A stretch of DNA of 64,000 nt from an uncultured Prevotellaceae bacterium (GCA_946415705.1 CAMKTN010000004.1:20102-84101); one strand, 5' to 3'. Positions 1-8,087 are shown, numbered from the stretch's first letter. A program made the numbers and translations. Notes: generated from the letters alone by a model not told the origin.

Positions 1-114
1 TTCAACATTCAGCCATACATCCTCACCCTCGAATCGGACATTGACCCGAGCTAAGCCATTTTCATCCTGGTATATTAGGAACGCCTCATTCCTTTTCTCT
101 ATTTCGTTTGCCAT
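1..114 (-). CDS. RhuM-family protein, N-terminal fragment (gene continues beyond left edge)
   Basis: Minus-strand ATG at 114-112 opens MANEIEKRNEAFLIYQDENGLARVNVRFEGEDVWLNVE. This fits the IYQ..G...V.VR.E.E.VWL pattern I associate with RhuM-family N-termini. A -7-like box lies 40 nt upstream. Confidence 0.4.
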   Translation of the reverse strand, partial: MANEIEKRNEAFLIYQDENGLARVNVRFEGEDVWLNVE

Positions 115-153
115 ATATCTTTCCCATTATGTGAATCTCATTCCAATTCGCCA

Positions 154-161
154 CAAAGATA
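154..161 (-). promoter_or_regulatory. Bacteroidota -7 promoter box TATCTTTG (extended AATAATGTGTATCTTTG)
   Basis: Plus strand reads caaagata; minus strand matches TAnnTTTG, 40 nt upstream of the ATG at 114. Confidence 0.4.
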
Positions 162-215
162 CACATTATTCTTTTACACCCACGCGATAAGTCCTTGAAA
201 TGCGTCAATCCCCAC

Positions 216-256
216 AAATTAAATATTTCTTAACAAAAACAGTCCGCACACCGCAC
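216..256 (-). repeat. Copy 1 of a ~40-nt conserved intergenic element (GTGCGGTGTGCGGAC-TGTTTTTGTTAAGAAATATTTAATTT on minus strand)
   Basis: Near-identical to 3601-3641 (same orientation) and 4630-4670 (opposite orientation). Confidence 0.7.
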
Positions 257-290
257 TGGTACATCGCGCAAACTAATGGATGATAATGGC

Positions 291-695
291 CTAATTGTAT
301 ATCATTTGCTTTCCTCTTATCAACATGATGTCCTGGACGTTGGTGATGACGCTGGCGAGACCGAGACTCATCAACAGGGCGAGGACAGCTGTAGTGATGA
401 AGCGAGAATTTGCCAGTAACCACAGCAGGATGTCGCTGTGTACCTCAAAGGTGAAGAGGGGAACATCGGCAGGCATCGAAAGCACAAAAGCGATGGTGAT
501 AGCACCGCTGATGATACCCACGACAAATGCTGCAACCGTAGCCATCTTATAGCGGCGGATGGTGGCTTCCTGATGCTGCTTGATATATTCCACAGCATCC
601 AGACGCTTGGTGAGGCTGGCCATGAAGTCGGCACTGTCTTCGAAATGTGGCGCCTGTGCGAGGAAGAGTTCCTCAAGGGCTTTATCTTTTGTCAT
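291..695 (-). CDS. Small membrane protein, candidate anti-sigma factor
   Basis: 134 aa with two hydrophobic segments (VAAFVVGIISGAITIAFVL, AVLALLMSLGLASVI). ATGA start/stop overlap with the upstream ECF sigma gene (692-695). Confidence 0.6.
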   Translation of the reverse strand: MTKDKALEELFLAQAPHFEDSADFMASLTKRLDAVEYIKQHQEATIRRYKMATVAAFVVGIISGAITIAFVLSMPADVPLFTFEVHSDILLWLLANSRFITTAVLALLMSLGLASVITNVQDIMLIRGKQMIYN

Positions 696-1168
696 AATCG
701 TAGTTTTTCTTTTAGTTTGTCGCGTCCCCGTGAGAGCTGTTTCTTGACAGCATCCTCCGAGGTTTCCGTGATGGAGGCAATCTCTTTGATATTATATCCG
801 CTAAGGTAGAATAGTGTGATAGCGGAGCGTTCCTTAGGAGGAAGGGTGCGAAGGGCGAGATAGAGATCCTGATGCTCGAAAGGCGCGTCGGCAGCAGCGT
901 TGCTGACAAGCGTCCGTGCTTCGTCGATGCTTTCCGTAGTGCGCATACTCGCCTTATGGTTGAGGAACGTATTGTGGGCAATCTTGAAGAGCCACGAGCG
1001 GAAGCGTCCCATGTCCTGATAGCCCGCCGACGAGAGATAGGCCTTCACCAGCGTGTCCTGCGCCAGGTCATCTGCATCACTCTTGTTGCCGCAGCAGAGG
1101 GCGAGCAGGAAGCCTCTCAAAGCCTCCTGCTCACGCTCCACTTGCGTTATGAATACTACGCGTGTCAC
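692..1168 (-). CDS. RNA polymerase ECF-type sigma-70 factor
   Basis: 158 aa. Region-2-like DDLAQDTLVKAY...FRSWLFKIAHNTFLN and region-4-like LPPKERSAITLFYLSGYNIKEIASITETSEDAVKKQLSRGRDKL. Confidence 0.9.
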   Translation of the reverse strand: MTRVVFITQVEREQEALRGFLLALCCGNKSDADDLAQDTLVKAYLSSAGYQDMGRFRSWLFKIAHNTFLNHKASMRTTESIDEARTLVSNAAADAPFEHQDLYLALRTLPPKERSAITLFYLSGYNIKEIASITETSEDAVKKQLSRGRDKLKEKLRL

Positions 1169-1171
1169 GGC

Positions 1172-1633
1172 TTATGCCTGTGTGGCCATTTTCTTTTCTT
1201 CTGCCTCAATCTCCTTGGCTAAAAGTTTTTTGCCAATATGATAATTGATAAGGAAAGCAAGACCGATGCCTAGAAGAATTGCGCCGAAAAAGCTGAATAC
1301 TTGAAGAGGTTCTGTAGGCATACCGCCAAAAAAACCTTGGATAATGCAGAACCCTAAAAGGGCAATACCCAGGAATGCGATAATACCACCCAAGAGTAGT
1401 TTATTCAACAGTTTTTCTTTCAGCAGTGTTTTTTGCGGAGCCATCTTCTTGAGTAAGTCCTCAACGTCCGTCTCGGCGTTTTTCTCAATGGCGGCCAGCA
1501 CAATCTGTGTTCGTTGGTTCGTCTCGTTGATTTTTTTGCGGTTATTCAGCCATACGATGATGATGGGGAGTGCAACAACACCAATGAGAAAAAAGATCTT
1601 AACGATCATTTCCGGTAGGAGATTCAAATTCAT
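1172..1633 (-). CDS. Membrane protein, first gene of the ECF sigma operon
   Basis: 153 aa with three or four hydrophobic helices. Its stop is 3 nt from the sigma-factor start. Confidence 0.65.
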   Translation of the reverse strand: MNLNLLPEMIVKIFFLIGVVALPIIIVWLNNRKKINETNQRTQIVLAAIEKNAETDVEDLLKKMAPQKTLLKEKLLNKLLLGGIIAFLGIALLGFCIIQGFFGGMPTEPLQVFSFFGAILLGIGLAFLINYHIGKKLLAKEIEAEEKKMATQA

Positions 1634-1744
1634 AATCTTGTTTTTATTATAGGGTTAAACTTTTGTTTCTTTCTTGAACCGATTCACTTATATAACAGTT
1701 CAAGAACGCAAAAGGTGACGTACCATAACAAAAAAAGTTACATC

Positions 1745-2071
1745 CTACTTGTAGTCTGGCTCCCACAGGTGGCGGTTCAAGTCCACATGGCCGTTGGGTT
1801 TGAAGTGGACGCCCTCCTTCTCCAATAGCGTGCGGTGCTCTAACCAACCGGGCGCTGTGCGACCAGCGGCGTTGACCACGCGATGACAGGGCAGGCGCTC
1901 AGCTCCTGGCGTATAGCGCAATGTCCGCCCCACCAGCCGTGCATGACTCGGCCATCCCGCCAATGTGGCGATGAGTCCATAGGTCATCACACGTCCGCGA
2001 GGTATCTGCCCGACGATGTTGAGCACATCATCTTGGAAAGCCCGCGCCTGCGCTGGCGACATCTTATGCAT
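1745..2071 (-). CDS. MGMT-family protein (single alkyltransferase/DNA-binding domain, active-site Cys retained)
   Basis: 108 aa with IPRGRVMTYGLIA...LPCHRVVNAAG, i.e. the PCHRV motif. Overlaps bcp by 8 nt. Confidence 0.85.
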   Translation of the reverse strand: MHKMSPAQARAFQDDVLNIVGQIPRGRVMTYGLIATLAGWPSHARLVGRTLRYTPGAERLPCHRVVNAAGRTAPGWLEHRTLLEKEGVHFKPNGHVDLNRHLWEPDYK

Positions 2072-2522
2072 TGAGGATTTGGTCGGCGTGCTCTTTGGTC
2101 TTCACCTGTTTGCCGGCAAAGATCTGCTCGATGATGCCCTCCTCGTTGATGACGAAGGTGGTGCGGATGGTGCCCATCGTCTTCTTGCCGTACATCACCT
2201 TCTCGCCCCACGCGCCCATCGCCTCCATCAGCGTCTTATCGACATCGGCAATCAGCGGGAAGGGCAGCGCATGCTTCTCCTTGAACTTCATGTGCGAAGC
2301 CGCAGAGTCCTTGCTCACGCCCACGACCTCGTAGCCTGCACCCTGCAACGCATCATAACGGTCTCGCAGGCTGCAAGCCTCTGCCGTACAGCCGCTCGTA
2401 TTGTCCTTCGGGTAGAAATAGAGCACTAACTTACGGCCTTTGTAATCACTCAGACGGATGTCCCGCCCCTGTTCGTCCTTGCCCAGAATCTCTGGTGCCT
2501 TGTCTCCAATATTCATAGTCAT
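2064..2522 (-). CDS. bcp: Thioredoxin-dependent peroxiredoxin Bcp
   Basis: 152 aa. KLVLYFYPKDNTSGCTAEAC (peroxidatic Cys context), VVGVSKDS, FPLIAD. Confidence 0.92.
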   Translation of the reverse strand: MTMNIGDKAPEILGKDEQGRDIRLSDYKGRKLVLYFYPKDNTSGCTAEACSLRDRYDALQGAGYEVVGVSKDSAASHMKFKEKHALPFPLIADVDKTLMEAMGAWGEKVMYGKKTMGTIRTTFVINEEGIIEQIFAGKQVKTKEHADQILNA

Positions 2523-2546
2523 TGCGGTTTAGTTATATGCTTGGCG

Positions 2547-3488
2547 TTACAGCTCCACGGCGGGCCAACCGTAGTCCTGATAGTAGCGGATGGGGAGGTT
2601 GTGCTGTTGCACATACTCCTGAAGCTGCTCCTTGCGGACGGCTTCGCGGACATTTTCATTGGAGTGCATGTCCTGGAACACGTCGAAGTGCTCGCCGAAG
2701 ATGCGCTGGGCGGTGGGCAGGAAGCGTGAGCCGTCCTCCACGCGCTCGAAGCCTGTCACGGCGAAGCGTCCATCCTCCTCGGACAACGTCATGAGCCCGG
2801 GGTGGCTGCCGCCCGATACGGTCTTTAGCGTATCGCCGACCTGATCATACCAGAACACCCAGAAGTCGCCCCACACGCGCATCGGCTGGCTGTCGTCGTC
2901 CTCAGCTGCTATCATCAGCATCGGGATGCAGAGCTCGCCCTGCAGGTATTGTGCGCCAATCTCGCAAACCATGTAAGCGCTGATGGCAGCACGAACGGCC
3001 TGCTCGCGACGGTTGATGGCGATGTGGCGGAGGCAGTCTGCCTTGTGCTCGTCGAAATCCGACATCAGCCACTGCCCGTCCACACATTCCATATACAGGC
3101 GATGCTCTTCAGCTTCGCTCTCCGAATCCAAGGAGCCATCTTCCCATTTCTGTCGCACCAGCACGGTAGCCACCGCGTGCGTCTCGTCCGTCTGCTGTAC
3201 GCCCACGACCTCGTAGTCCGCTATCGTGCCGCCGTTGCCGGTCACGAAATAGTAGAGCCACTCGTGGTCCATAGCCTCGTGCTCCGGCAGGTTGAACAGC
3301 GTGTCGAGGACGGCGTAGAAGTCCGCCGTCATGTAGTCTTTCGACTGCTCCAGCAGCTCATGATCCGGGATGTACTGGCATAACTCCGCCGCGCGCTGGC
3401 GCAGACGTTCCTCCTGACTGACGCACCCCGCCAGCAGCAAGCCCAGGCAGAGAAGTGCCGTAGAAAAAAGAATCTTGTACTTATTCAT
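2547..3488 (-). CDS. Hypothetical lipoprotein
   Basis: 313 aa with signal peptide plus lipobox MNKYKILFSTALLCLGLLLAGC. No recognisable catalytic motif. Confidence 0.7.
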   Translation of the reverse strand: MNKYKILFSTALLCLGLLLAGCVSQEERLRQRAAELCQYIPDHELLEQSKDYMTADFYAVLDTLFNLPEHEAMDHEWLYYFVTGNGGTIADYEVVGVQQTDETHAVATVLVRQKWEDGSLDSESEAEEHRLYMECVDGQWLMSDFDEHKADCLRHIAINRREQAVRAAISAYMVCEIGAQYLQGELCIPMLMIAAEDDDSQPMRVWGDFWVFWYDQVGDTLKTVSGGSHPGLMTLSEEDGRFAVTGFERVEDGSRFLPTAQRIFGEHFDVFQDMHSNENVREAVRKEQLQEYVQQHNLPIRYYQDYGWPAVEL

Positions 3489-3514
3489 ATTGAATTCCGT
3501 TTATCTATTTGCCT

Positions 3515-3522
3515 GCAAAATT
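3515..3522 (-). promoter_or_regulatory. -7 promoter box TAATTTTG (extended AATAATGTGTAATTTTG)
   Basis: 27 nt upstream of the ATG at 3488. The extended motif is shared with 154-161 and 17738-17745. Confidence 0.45.
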
Positions 3523-3600
3523 ACACATTATTCCATTACGCCCGCACGAAACCTTCATTTTTTCATTGCCCACCTCTCTTTTTGACTCACAACTCTCAGA

Positions 3601-3641
3601 TTTTAAATATTTCTTAACAAAAAAAACATCGCACACCGCAC
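3601..3641 (-). repeat. Copy 2 of the ~40-nt conserved intergenic element
   Basis: Minus strand reads GTGCGGTGTGCGATGTTTTTTTTGTTAAGAAATATTTAAAA; aligns with 216-256 and 4630-4670. Confidence 0.7.
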
Positions 3642-3904
3642 GAAAGACATCGTAATAAGCCCCCGCTGAAGCAAAGTCGCTCAATAGCGGAAGCATACGC
3701 TTCAAGACAGCATCGCATCTTCGTTAAGACCACGTCTTATAATCATTTTCCCCATTTCGCTTTCTACAAACCACATTGCAATTTGTATAAATCACTATGC
3801 GGTTTGCGAAAACCACACCGTGAAATTATATTAGTATCGCGACGCTGACAAATTAGGACCATAAAGCGAACAGGAAGGGAATAGGTTTTTCCGTCGCTGG
3901 AACG

Positions 3905-3935
3905 CAAAAAAGCCGAGACGAATCTCGGCTTTTGG
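3905..3935 (-). terminator. Rho-independent terminator
   Basis: Stem agccgaga (3911-3918) / tctcggct (3923-3930) with loop cgaa. The A-run at 3905-3910 gives a U-tail on the minus strand, 20 nt after the stop of 3955..4449. Confidence 0.65.
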
Positions 3936-3954
3936 TTGTTAGTAAGAGTGGCTA

Positions 3955-4449
3955 TTAAAGCTTATACCATGTTGCATATTCCATCTTGATATAGGTGGCT
4001 TGGATCATGCCGCCAATCTCCTTGCGTTCAGCTTCGTTGCTCCACTCCATCTTACCGTCGCTAATCTCTACGTCGTAGGTCTCTCCGCTAATTGTCAGCT
4101 TGCCGCTTGTATAGGAGTAGCTGCCTGAAAGCGTGCGCACACGGTCGTCATCCACGTAATCGTTGACATAGCTACCGTCGCTCTTGAAGGTATATACATA
4201 CTCCCAAGTACCTCCCGACTTTCCGTATTTCTTGGATTCGAAACCGTGCTTGCCTTCCCGACCATCGTAGTAGGCGAGCCATGATTCAGTCTTCAACTCA
4301 GCCAGTCGCCATGAGCCTACGAGCGGGTTTGTCATTTCCTTCGCCTTCGTTGGACTATCGCTGTCCTCTTTGCTGCAGCCGGAAAGGAACATGATGCTGG
4401 TTGCCAGCACAACCGACATTACCAATATACTCCCAAAAATCTTTTTCAT
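3955..4449 (-). CDS. Lipocalin-like lipoprotein
   Basis: 164 aa with lipobox FLSGC, then LVGSWRLAEL and a beta-rich GTWEYVYTFKSDGSY pattern typical of lipocalin-like domains. Confidence 0.65.
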   Translation of the reverse strand: MKKIFGSILVMSVVLATSIMFLSGCSKEDSDSPTKAKEMTNPLVGSWRLAELKTESWLAYYDGREGKHGFESKKYGKSGGTWEYVYTFKSDGSYVNDYVDDDRVRTLSGSYSYTSGKLTISGETYDVEISDGKMEWSNEAERKEIGGMIQATYIKMEYATWYKL

Positions 4450-4485
4450 TGATTTCTTTTTTTAAGTTGTTGTTACAAATCGGCG

Positions 4486-4493
4486 CAAAAGTA
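4486..4493 (-). promoter_or_regulatory. -7 promoter box TACTTTTG
   Basis: Plus strand reads caaaagta, 37 nt upstream of the ATG at 4449. Confidence 0.4.
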
Positions 4494-4629
4494 TGGAATA
4501 TTTTTTAATCACGAATGAATTAGGCAGATAAAATATAGAAGCAAGTCTCTCTTTGGTCTGCTGGCTATACAAACACGTAGAATGGAAAGTTGGCACACTC
4601 ACAATGCATACCTTCAATGAATATTTTTT

Positions 4630-4670
4630 GTGCGGTGTGCGGACAGTTTTTGTTAAGAAATATTTAATTT
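4630..4670 (+). repeat. Copy 3 of the ~40-nt conserved intergenic element (inverted relative to copies 1 and 2)
   Basis: gtgcggtgtgcggacagtttttgttaagaaatatttaattt, followed 19 nt later by a terminator hairpin with no ORF in between. Confidence 0.7.
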
Positions 4671-4684
4671 TTGAGAGATAAAAG

Positions 4685-4713
4685 AAAACCGCCTCGGAGG
4701 GGAGGCGGTTTTG
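4685..4713 (-). terminator. Rho-independent terminator (potentially bidirectional)
   Basis: Stem ccgcctc (4689-4695) / gaggcgg (4702-4708), flanked by an A-run and a T-run. Lies 21 nt after the stop of 4734..5300. Confidence 0.65.
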
Positions 4714-4733
4714 CTATGGGGAAGGGTAGGCGT

Positions 4734-5300
4734 TTAGAAGCGGTAGCCAATGCCGACTTGGAGGATGCCGCGGCCGAAGTCCTTCACGTACTGGTAGCGC
4801 ATCTCAAGGTTGCAGTAGAGGTTGGGGGTGATGTCGTACTGCATACCTGCACCGGCGTTCAGACCAAAGCGGCCTTTGTTGATGGTCTCAGTATCAGGCT
4901 TTCCGTTTTTCAGTAAAATTGGATTTCCATTGTCGTCAAACTTAGGAACATCGGTGTTGTGTGTGTGCTGGAAGGTGGCACCCAGGATGGGGTAGATGTA
5001 GATGCCATACTTCATGTGGAAGAGGTAGTGGAGGTTGAGGTTGATATCCCACACGCTGAGGTTGTCCTTCTGGATGAAGTAGTCGAAGGATACTTCTGGA
5101 CGGAAGGCGTCAGTGACATAGTACTGAACCTTAGGCATAAGACCGAAGTTCACGTAGCTGTCGCCGAAGCCCATGCCGAGGTCGAGGCCGATGGCCCAGT
5201 CGCCAGCCTGTGCGCCCTCATACTCTTCTTCATAGTACTCTTGTGCGGATGCGCCGACGCTCAAGAGTGCGACGCAGAAAAGCATCATCAATTTTTTCAT
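4734..5300 (-). CDS. Outer-membrane beta-barrel (porin-family) protein
   Basis: 188 aa. Signal peptide MKKLMMLFCVALLSVGASA, alternating aromatic beta-strand pattern, C-terminal ...GIGYRF. Confidence 0.8.
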   Translation of the reverse strand: MKKLMMLFCVALLSVGASAQEYYEEEYEGAQAGDWAIGLDLGMGFGDSYVNFGLMPKVQYYVTDAFRPEVSFDYFIQKDNLSVWDINLNLHYLFHMKYGIYIYPILGATFQHTHNTDVPKFDDNGNPILLKNGKPDTETINKGRFGLNAGAGMQYDITPNLYCNLEMRYQYVKDFGRGILQVGIGYRF

Positions 5301-5360
5301 AGTTGCTTGTTTGATTAAGAGTTTGTATTTGTAGTTACTTCATTCTTTGCTTTACGGGTG

Positions 5361-5368
5361 CAAAGATA
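5361..5368 (-). promoter_or_regulatory. -7 promoter box TATCTTTG
   Basis: Plus strand reads caaagata, 61 nt upstream of the ATG at 5300. Confidence 0.35.
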
Positions 5369-5443
5369 GGTAAATATTATAAAAAGCATCCTTATTCTTG
5401 CGAAATAATTACGGGAATGACCGATATTCTCATAAAAAACATC

Positions 5444-5451
5444 TATTTTTG
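5444..5451 (+). promoter_or_regulatory. -7 promoter box TATTTTTG for tatA
   Basis: Matches TAnnTTTG, 32 nt upstream of the tatA ATG. Confidence 0.45.
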
Positions 5452-5482
5452 TCGCGAAATAACCCCTTAAAAAGGATTTATC

Positions 5483-5674
5483 ATGAATTTAGGACTTACT
5501 GAAATTGTAGTTATCGCACTTGTGGTGCTGTTGTTGTTTGGTGGTAAAAAGATTCCCGAGCTGATGAGTGGCCTCGGCAAAGGTGTCAAGAGCTTCAAGG
5601 ACGGCATGAACGGCCTTGACGATGAGCCCAAACCGCAGGAGAAGGCTGCCGACAAGGCTGAGGCCGACAAGTGA
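5483..5674 (+). CDS. tatA: Twin-arginine translocase subunit TatA/E
   Basis: 63 aa. [39 protein letters not shown] is the canonical TatA TM plus amphipathic helix. Confidence 0.92.
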   Translation: MNLGLTEIVVIALVVLLLFGGKKIPELMSGLGKGVKSFKDGMNGLDDEPKPQEKAADKAEADK

Positions 5675-5676
5675 GG

Positions 5677-6432
5677 ATGGCAGAGGAGATGACCTTTTGG
5701 GACCATCTGGATGTGTTGCGCGCCGACATCATCCGTATTCTCGTGGCAGCTGTTGTCATGGGGATAGGTGCGTTCTGCCTGAAGGACTTCCTCTTTGATG
5801 TGGTGCTGTGGCCCCGTTCTGCGGACTTCCCCACATATCGGCTGCTGGGTGCCGAGCCTTTCCAGTTGCAGCTCATCAACACGGAGCTCACAGAGCAGTT
5901 CATGATCCACATGAAGGTGGCGCTGATCGCAGGCCTCTTGGTGGCATCGCCTTATGTCATCTATGTGCTGTTTTCCTTCATTTCACCGGCATTATACGAG
6001 GGTGAACGGCGCATCTCCATCCGCGTGGGCGGTGCGGCGTATGTGATGTTCATGGTGGGACTGGTGGTGAACTATTTCCTCATCTTCCCGCTCACGGTAC
6101 GCTTCCTGGGCACATACAGCGTCAGCCCCGATGTGCAGACGATGTTGACGCTCTCCAGCTATGTAGATACGCTGTTGATGCTGTCTCTGGTCTTCGGCAT
6201 CGTCTTCGAGATTCCCGTGGTGGCGTGGATGCTGGCTAAGTTCGGGGTGCTGAAGGCCAGTTGGATGGCGCAGTACCGCAGGCACGCCATCGTCGCTATC
6301 CTCATTGTGGCGGCTGTCATCACGCCTACGGCTGATGTGATGACGCTGCTCATCGTCTCACTTCCCATCTGGCTGCTCTATGAGGTCAGCATTTGGATTG
6401 TAAGAAAGACCCACCCCCGACCCCTCCCGTGA
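5677..6432 (+). CDS. tatC: Twin-arginine translocase subunit TatC
   Basis: MAEEMTFWDHLDVLRADIIR..., six hydrophobic helices, ITPTADVMT motif. The ATG at 5677 is preferred to the GTG at 5671 that overlaps the tatA stop. The last seven codons and the stop lie inside a hairpin repeat. Confidence 0.9.
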   Translation: MAEEMTFWDHLDVLRADIIRILVAAVVMGIGAFCLKDFLFDVVLWPRSADFPTYRLLGAEPFQLQLINTELTEQFMIHMKVALIAGLLVASPYVIYVLFSFISPALYEGERRISIRVGGAAYVMFMVGLVVNYFLIFPLTVRFLGTYSVSPDVQTMLTLSSYVDTLLMLSLVFGIVFEIPVVAWMLAKFGVLKASWMAQYRRHAIVAILIVAAVITPTADVMTLLIVSLPIWLLYEVSIWIVRKTHPRPLP

Positions 6433-6450
6433 AGGGAGGGGAGCGCCTCC
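6411..6450. repeat. GC-rich hairpin element (family CCnCACCCCC-RM-CCCCTCnn-loop-GGGnGAGGGGAG)
   Basis: ccacccccgacccctcccgtgaagggaggggagcgcctcc. Stem 6421-6428 / 6434-6441. The loop contains the tatC TGA stop (6430-6432). Confidence 0.8.
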
Positions 6451-6455
6451 GGGAA

Positions 6456-6526
6456 CCCTTGAACTTCTTGAACTTTTGAACCCTTGAACCCTTGAACCCT
6501 TAAACTTCTTAAACTCCTTAAACTCC
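6456..6526. repeat. Degenerate 8-9-nt tandem array (CTTGAACC / CTTAAACT units)
   Basis: cccttgaacttcttgaacttttgaacccttgaacccttgaacccttaaacttcttaaactccttaaactccc fills the tatC to polyferredoxin spacer. Confidence 0.85.
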
Positions 6527-6530
6527 CAAT

Positions 6531-8087
6531 ATGCTTCGAAAAATCCGAATTGTCCTTGCCACGGTCACGTTTCTGCTGGTTACGTGGCTCTTTGTGGATT
6601 TCACGGGAACGGCCTATCCCATCGCGGGGTGGCTGGCTAAGATCCAGTTCCTGCCTGCCGTGCTGGCGCTGAATGTGTGGGTGGTGCTAGGCTTGGTGCT
6701 GGTGACCCTCATCTTCGGGCGCATCTATTGTTCTGTCATCTGCCCGCTGGGCATCCTGCAGGACCTGCTCGCACGTCTGCGCCCGCGTAAGAACAAGAAG
6801 GTGGGTCGCTACAGCTTCTCGCCTGAGGTGCGGTGGCTGCGTTACCCCGTGCTGGTGCTCTTCATCGTGGCACTGGTGGCGGGCGTGGGCTCCTTTGTGG
6901 CGCTGTTGGCGCCGTACAGTAGCTTCGGCCGTATCGCCACGAACCTGTTGCAGCCCGTTTATGAATGGTGCAACAACGGCTTCGCCGCCGTCGCCGCCAA
7001 GCATGACAGCTACGCCTTCTACCATGTCGATATTTGGATGCGCAGCCTGCCCACGTTCATCGTGGCAGTGGTCAGCCTCCTGGTATTGGCGGTGCTGGCG
7101 TGGATCGGCGGCCGCACGTATTGCAATACCCTCTGCCCCGTAGGCACCTTCTTGAGCTTCCTCGCACGTTTCTCCTTCCTGAAGATCAACTTCGACGCTG
7201 AGAAGTGCAAGGCTTGCTCGGCGTGCTCCAAGGCTTGCAAGGCCTCCTGCATCGACTACAAGAACCACACCGTGGATTACTCGCGCTGTGTGGTGTGCGG
7301 CAATTGTGTGGACAGTTGTAAGTTCGGGGCGCTGAAGTATAGCAGTCCCACCCCCAAAAGACCCACCCCCGCCCCCTCCCGTGAGGGAGGGGAGAAGGCT
7401 GGCGCGCAGCTTTCGAGCGATAGCGAGGCTCTCCCCCTCACGGGGGAGCGGGGAGAGGGTCTGTCTCGTCGCTCTTTCCTTATTGGTGCGGCGTTGGCTG
7501 GCACAAGCGCTGCAATGGCCCAGGTGAAGACCAAGATGGATGGCGGGTTGGCGGAGATTGAGGACAAGGTGGCTCCTGAGCGCAAGACGCCCCTGACACC
7601 TCCGGGCTCTCTCTCTGCGCGCCACTTCCAGCAGCATTGCACGGGCTGCCAGCTGTGTGTGGCACAGTGCCCGAACCAGGTGCTGCGCCCCAGCACGGGA
7701 CTCCTCACGCTGATGCAGCCCACGATGAGCTATGAGCGTGGCTACTGCCGACCGGAGTGTCACCGTTGCTCCGAGGTATGCCCCACGGGTGCCATCCGCC
7801 CCATCTCGCTGGAAGAGAAGACGAGCACGCAGATAGGTCATGCCGTGTGGGTGAAGAAGAACTGCGTGGTCATCACCGACGAGGTGGAGTGCGGTCATTG
7901 CGCCCGCGTATGTCCCACGGGTGCCATTCAGATGGTGCCCCTCGACGCCGAGGATGAGTGGAGCCCGCGGGTGCCTGCCGTCAACGAAGCCGTGTGTATC
8001 GGCTGCGGCGCCTGCGAGAACCTCTGTCCGGCACGTCCCTTCTCGGCGATCTATGTGGAAGGGCATGAGGTGCATAAACTCAATTAG
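6531..8087 (+). CDS. Membrane polyferredoxin, NapH-like N-terminal half fused to NapG-like C-terminal half
   Basis: 518 aa. The N-terminal half has hydrophobic helices with CSVICP and CNTLCP motifs and two CxxCxxCxxxC clusters. An internal SRRSFLIGAALAGTSAAMA follows, then four more Cys clusters (CTGCQLCVAQCP, CRPECHRCSEVCP, CGHCARVCP, CIGCGACENLCP). Confidence 0.85.
   Translation: MLRKIRIVLATVTFLLVTWLFVDFTGTAYPIAGWLAKIQFLPAVLALNVWVVLGLVLVTLIFGRIYCSVICPLGILQDLLARLRPRKNKKVGRYSFSPEVRWLRYPVLVLFIVALVAGVGSFVALLAPYSSFGRIATNLLQPVYEWCNNGFAAVAAKHDSYAFYHVDIWMRSLPTFIVAVVSLLVLAVLAWIGGRTYCNTLCPVGTFLSFLARFSFLKINFDAEKCKACSACSKACKASCIDYKNHTVDYSRCVVCGNCVDSCKFGALKYSSPTPKRPTPAPSREGGEKAGAQLSSDSEALPLTGERGEGLSRRSFLIGAALAGTSAAMAQVKTKMDGGLAEIEDKVAPERKTPLTPPGSLSARHFQQHCTGCQLCVAQCPNQVLRPSTGLLTLMQPTMSYERGYCRPECHRCSEVCPTGAIRPISLEEKTSTQIGHAVWVKKNCVVITDEVECGHCARVCPTGAIQMVPLDAEDEWSPRVPAVNEAVCIGCGACENLCPARPFSAIYVEGHEVHKLN
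7347..7460. repeat. Two GC-rich hairpin elements in inverted orientation, in frame inside the polyferredoxin linker
   Basis: Left copy ...acccacccccgccccctcccgtgagggaggggag (stem 7373-7380 / 7385-7392). Right copy ctccccctcacgggggagcggggagagggt (stem 7431-7437 / 7442-7448) is the reverse-complement type. Together they encode PTPKRPTPAPSREGGEKAGAQLSSDSEALPLTGERGEGL. Confidence 0.8.

Noticed and set aside
6687-8075. 462-aa ORF on the minus strand opposite the polyferredoxin gene
   Set aside because: Arg/Ala/Gly/His-rich low-complexity translation typical of the antisense strand of a GC-rich gene. The plus-strand ORF carries clear Fe-S and CxxxCP motifs.
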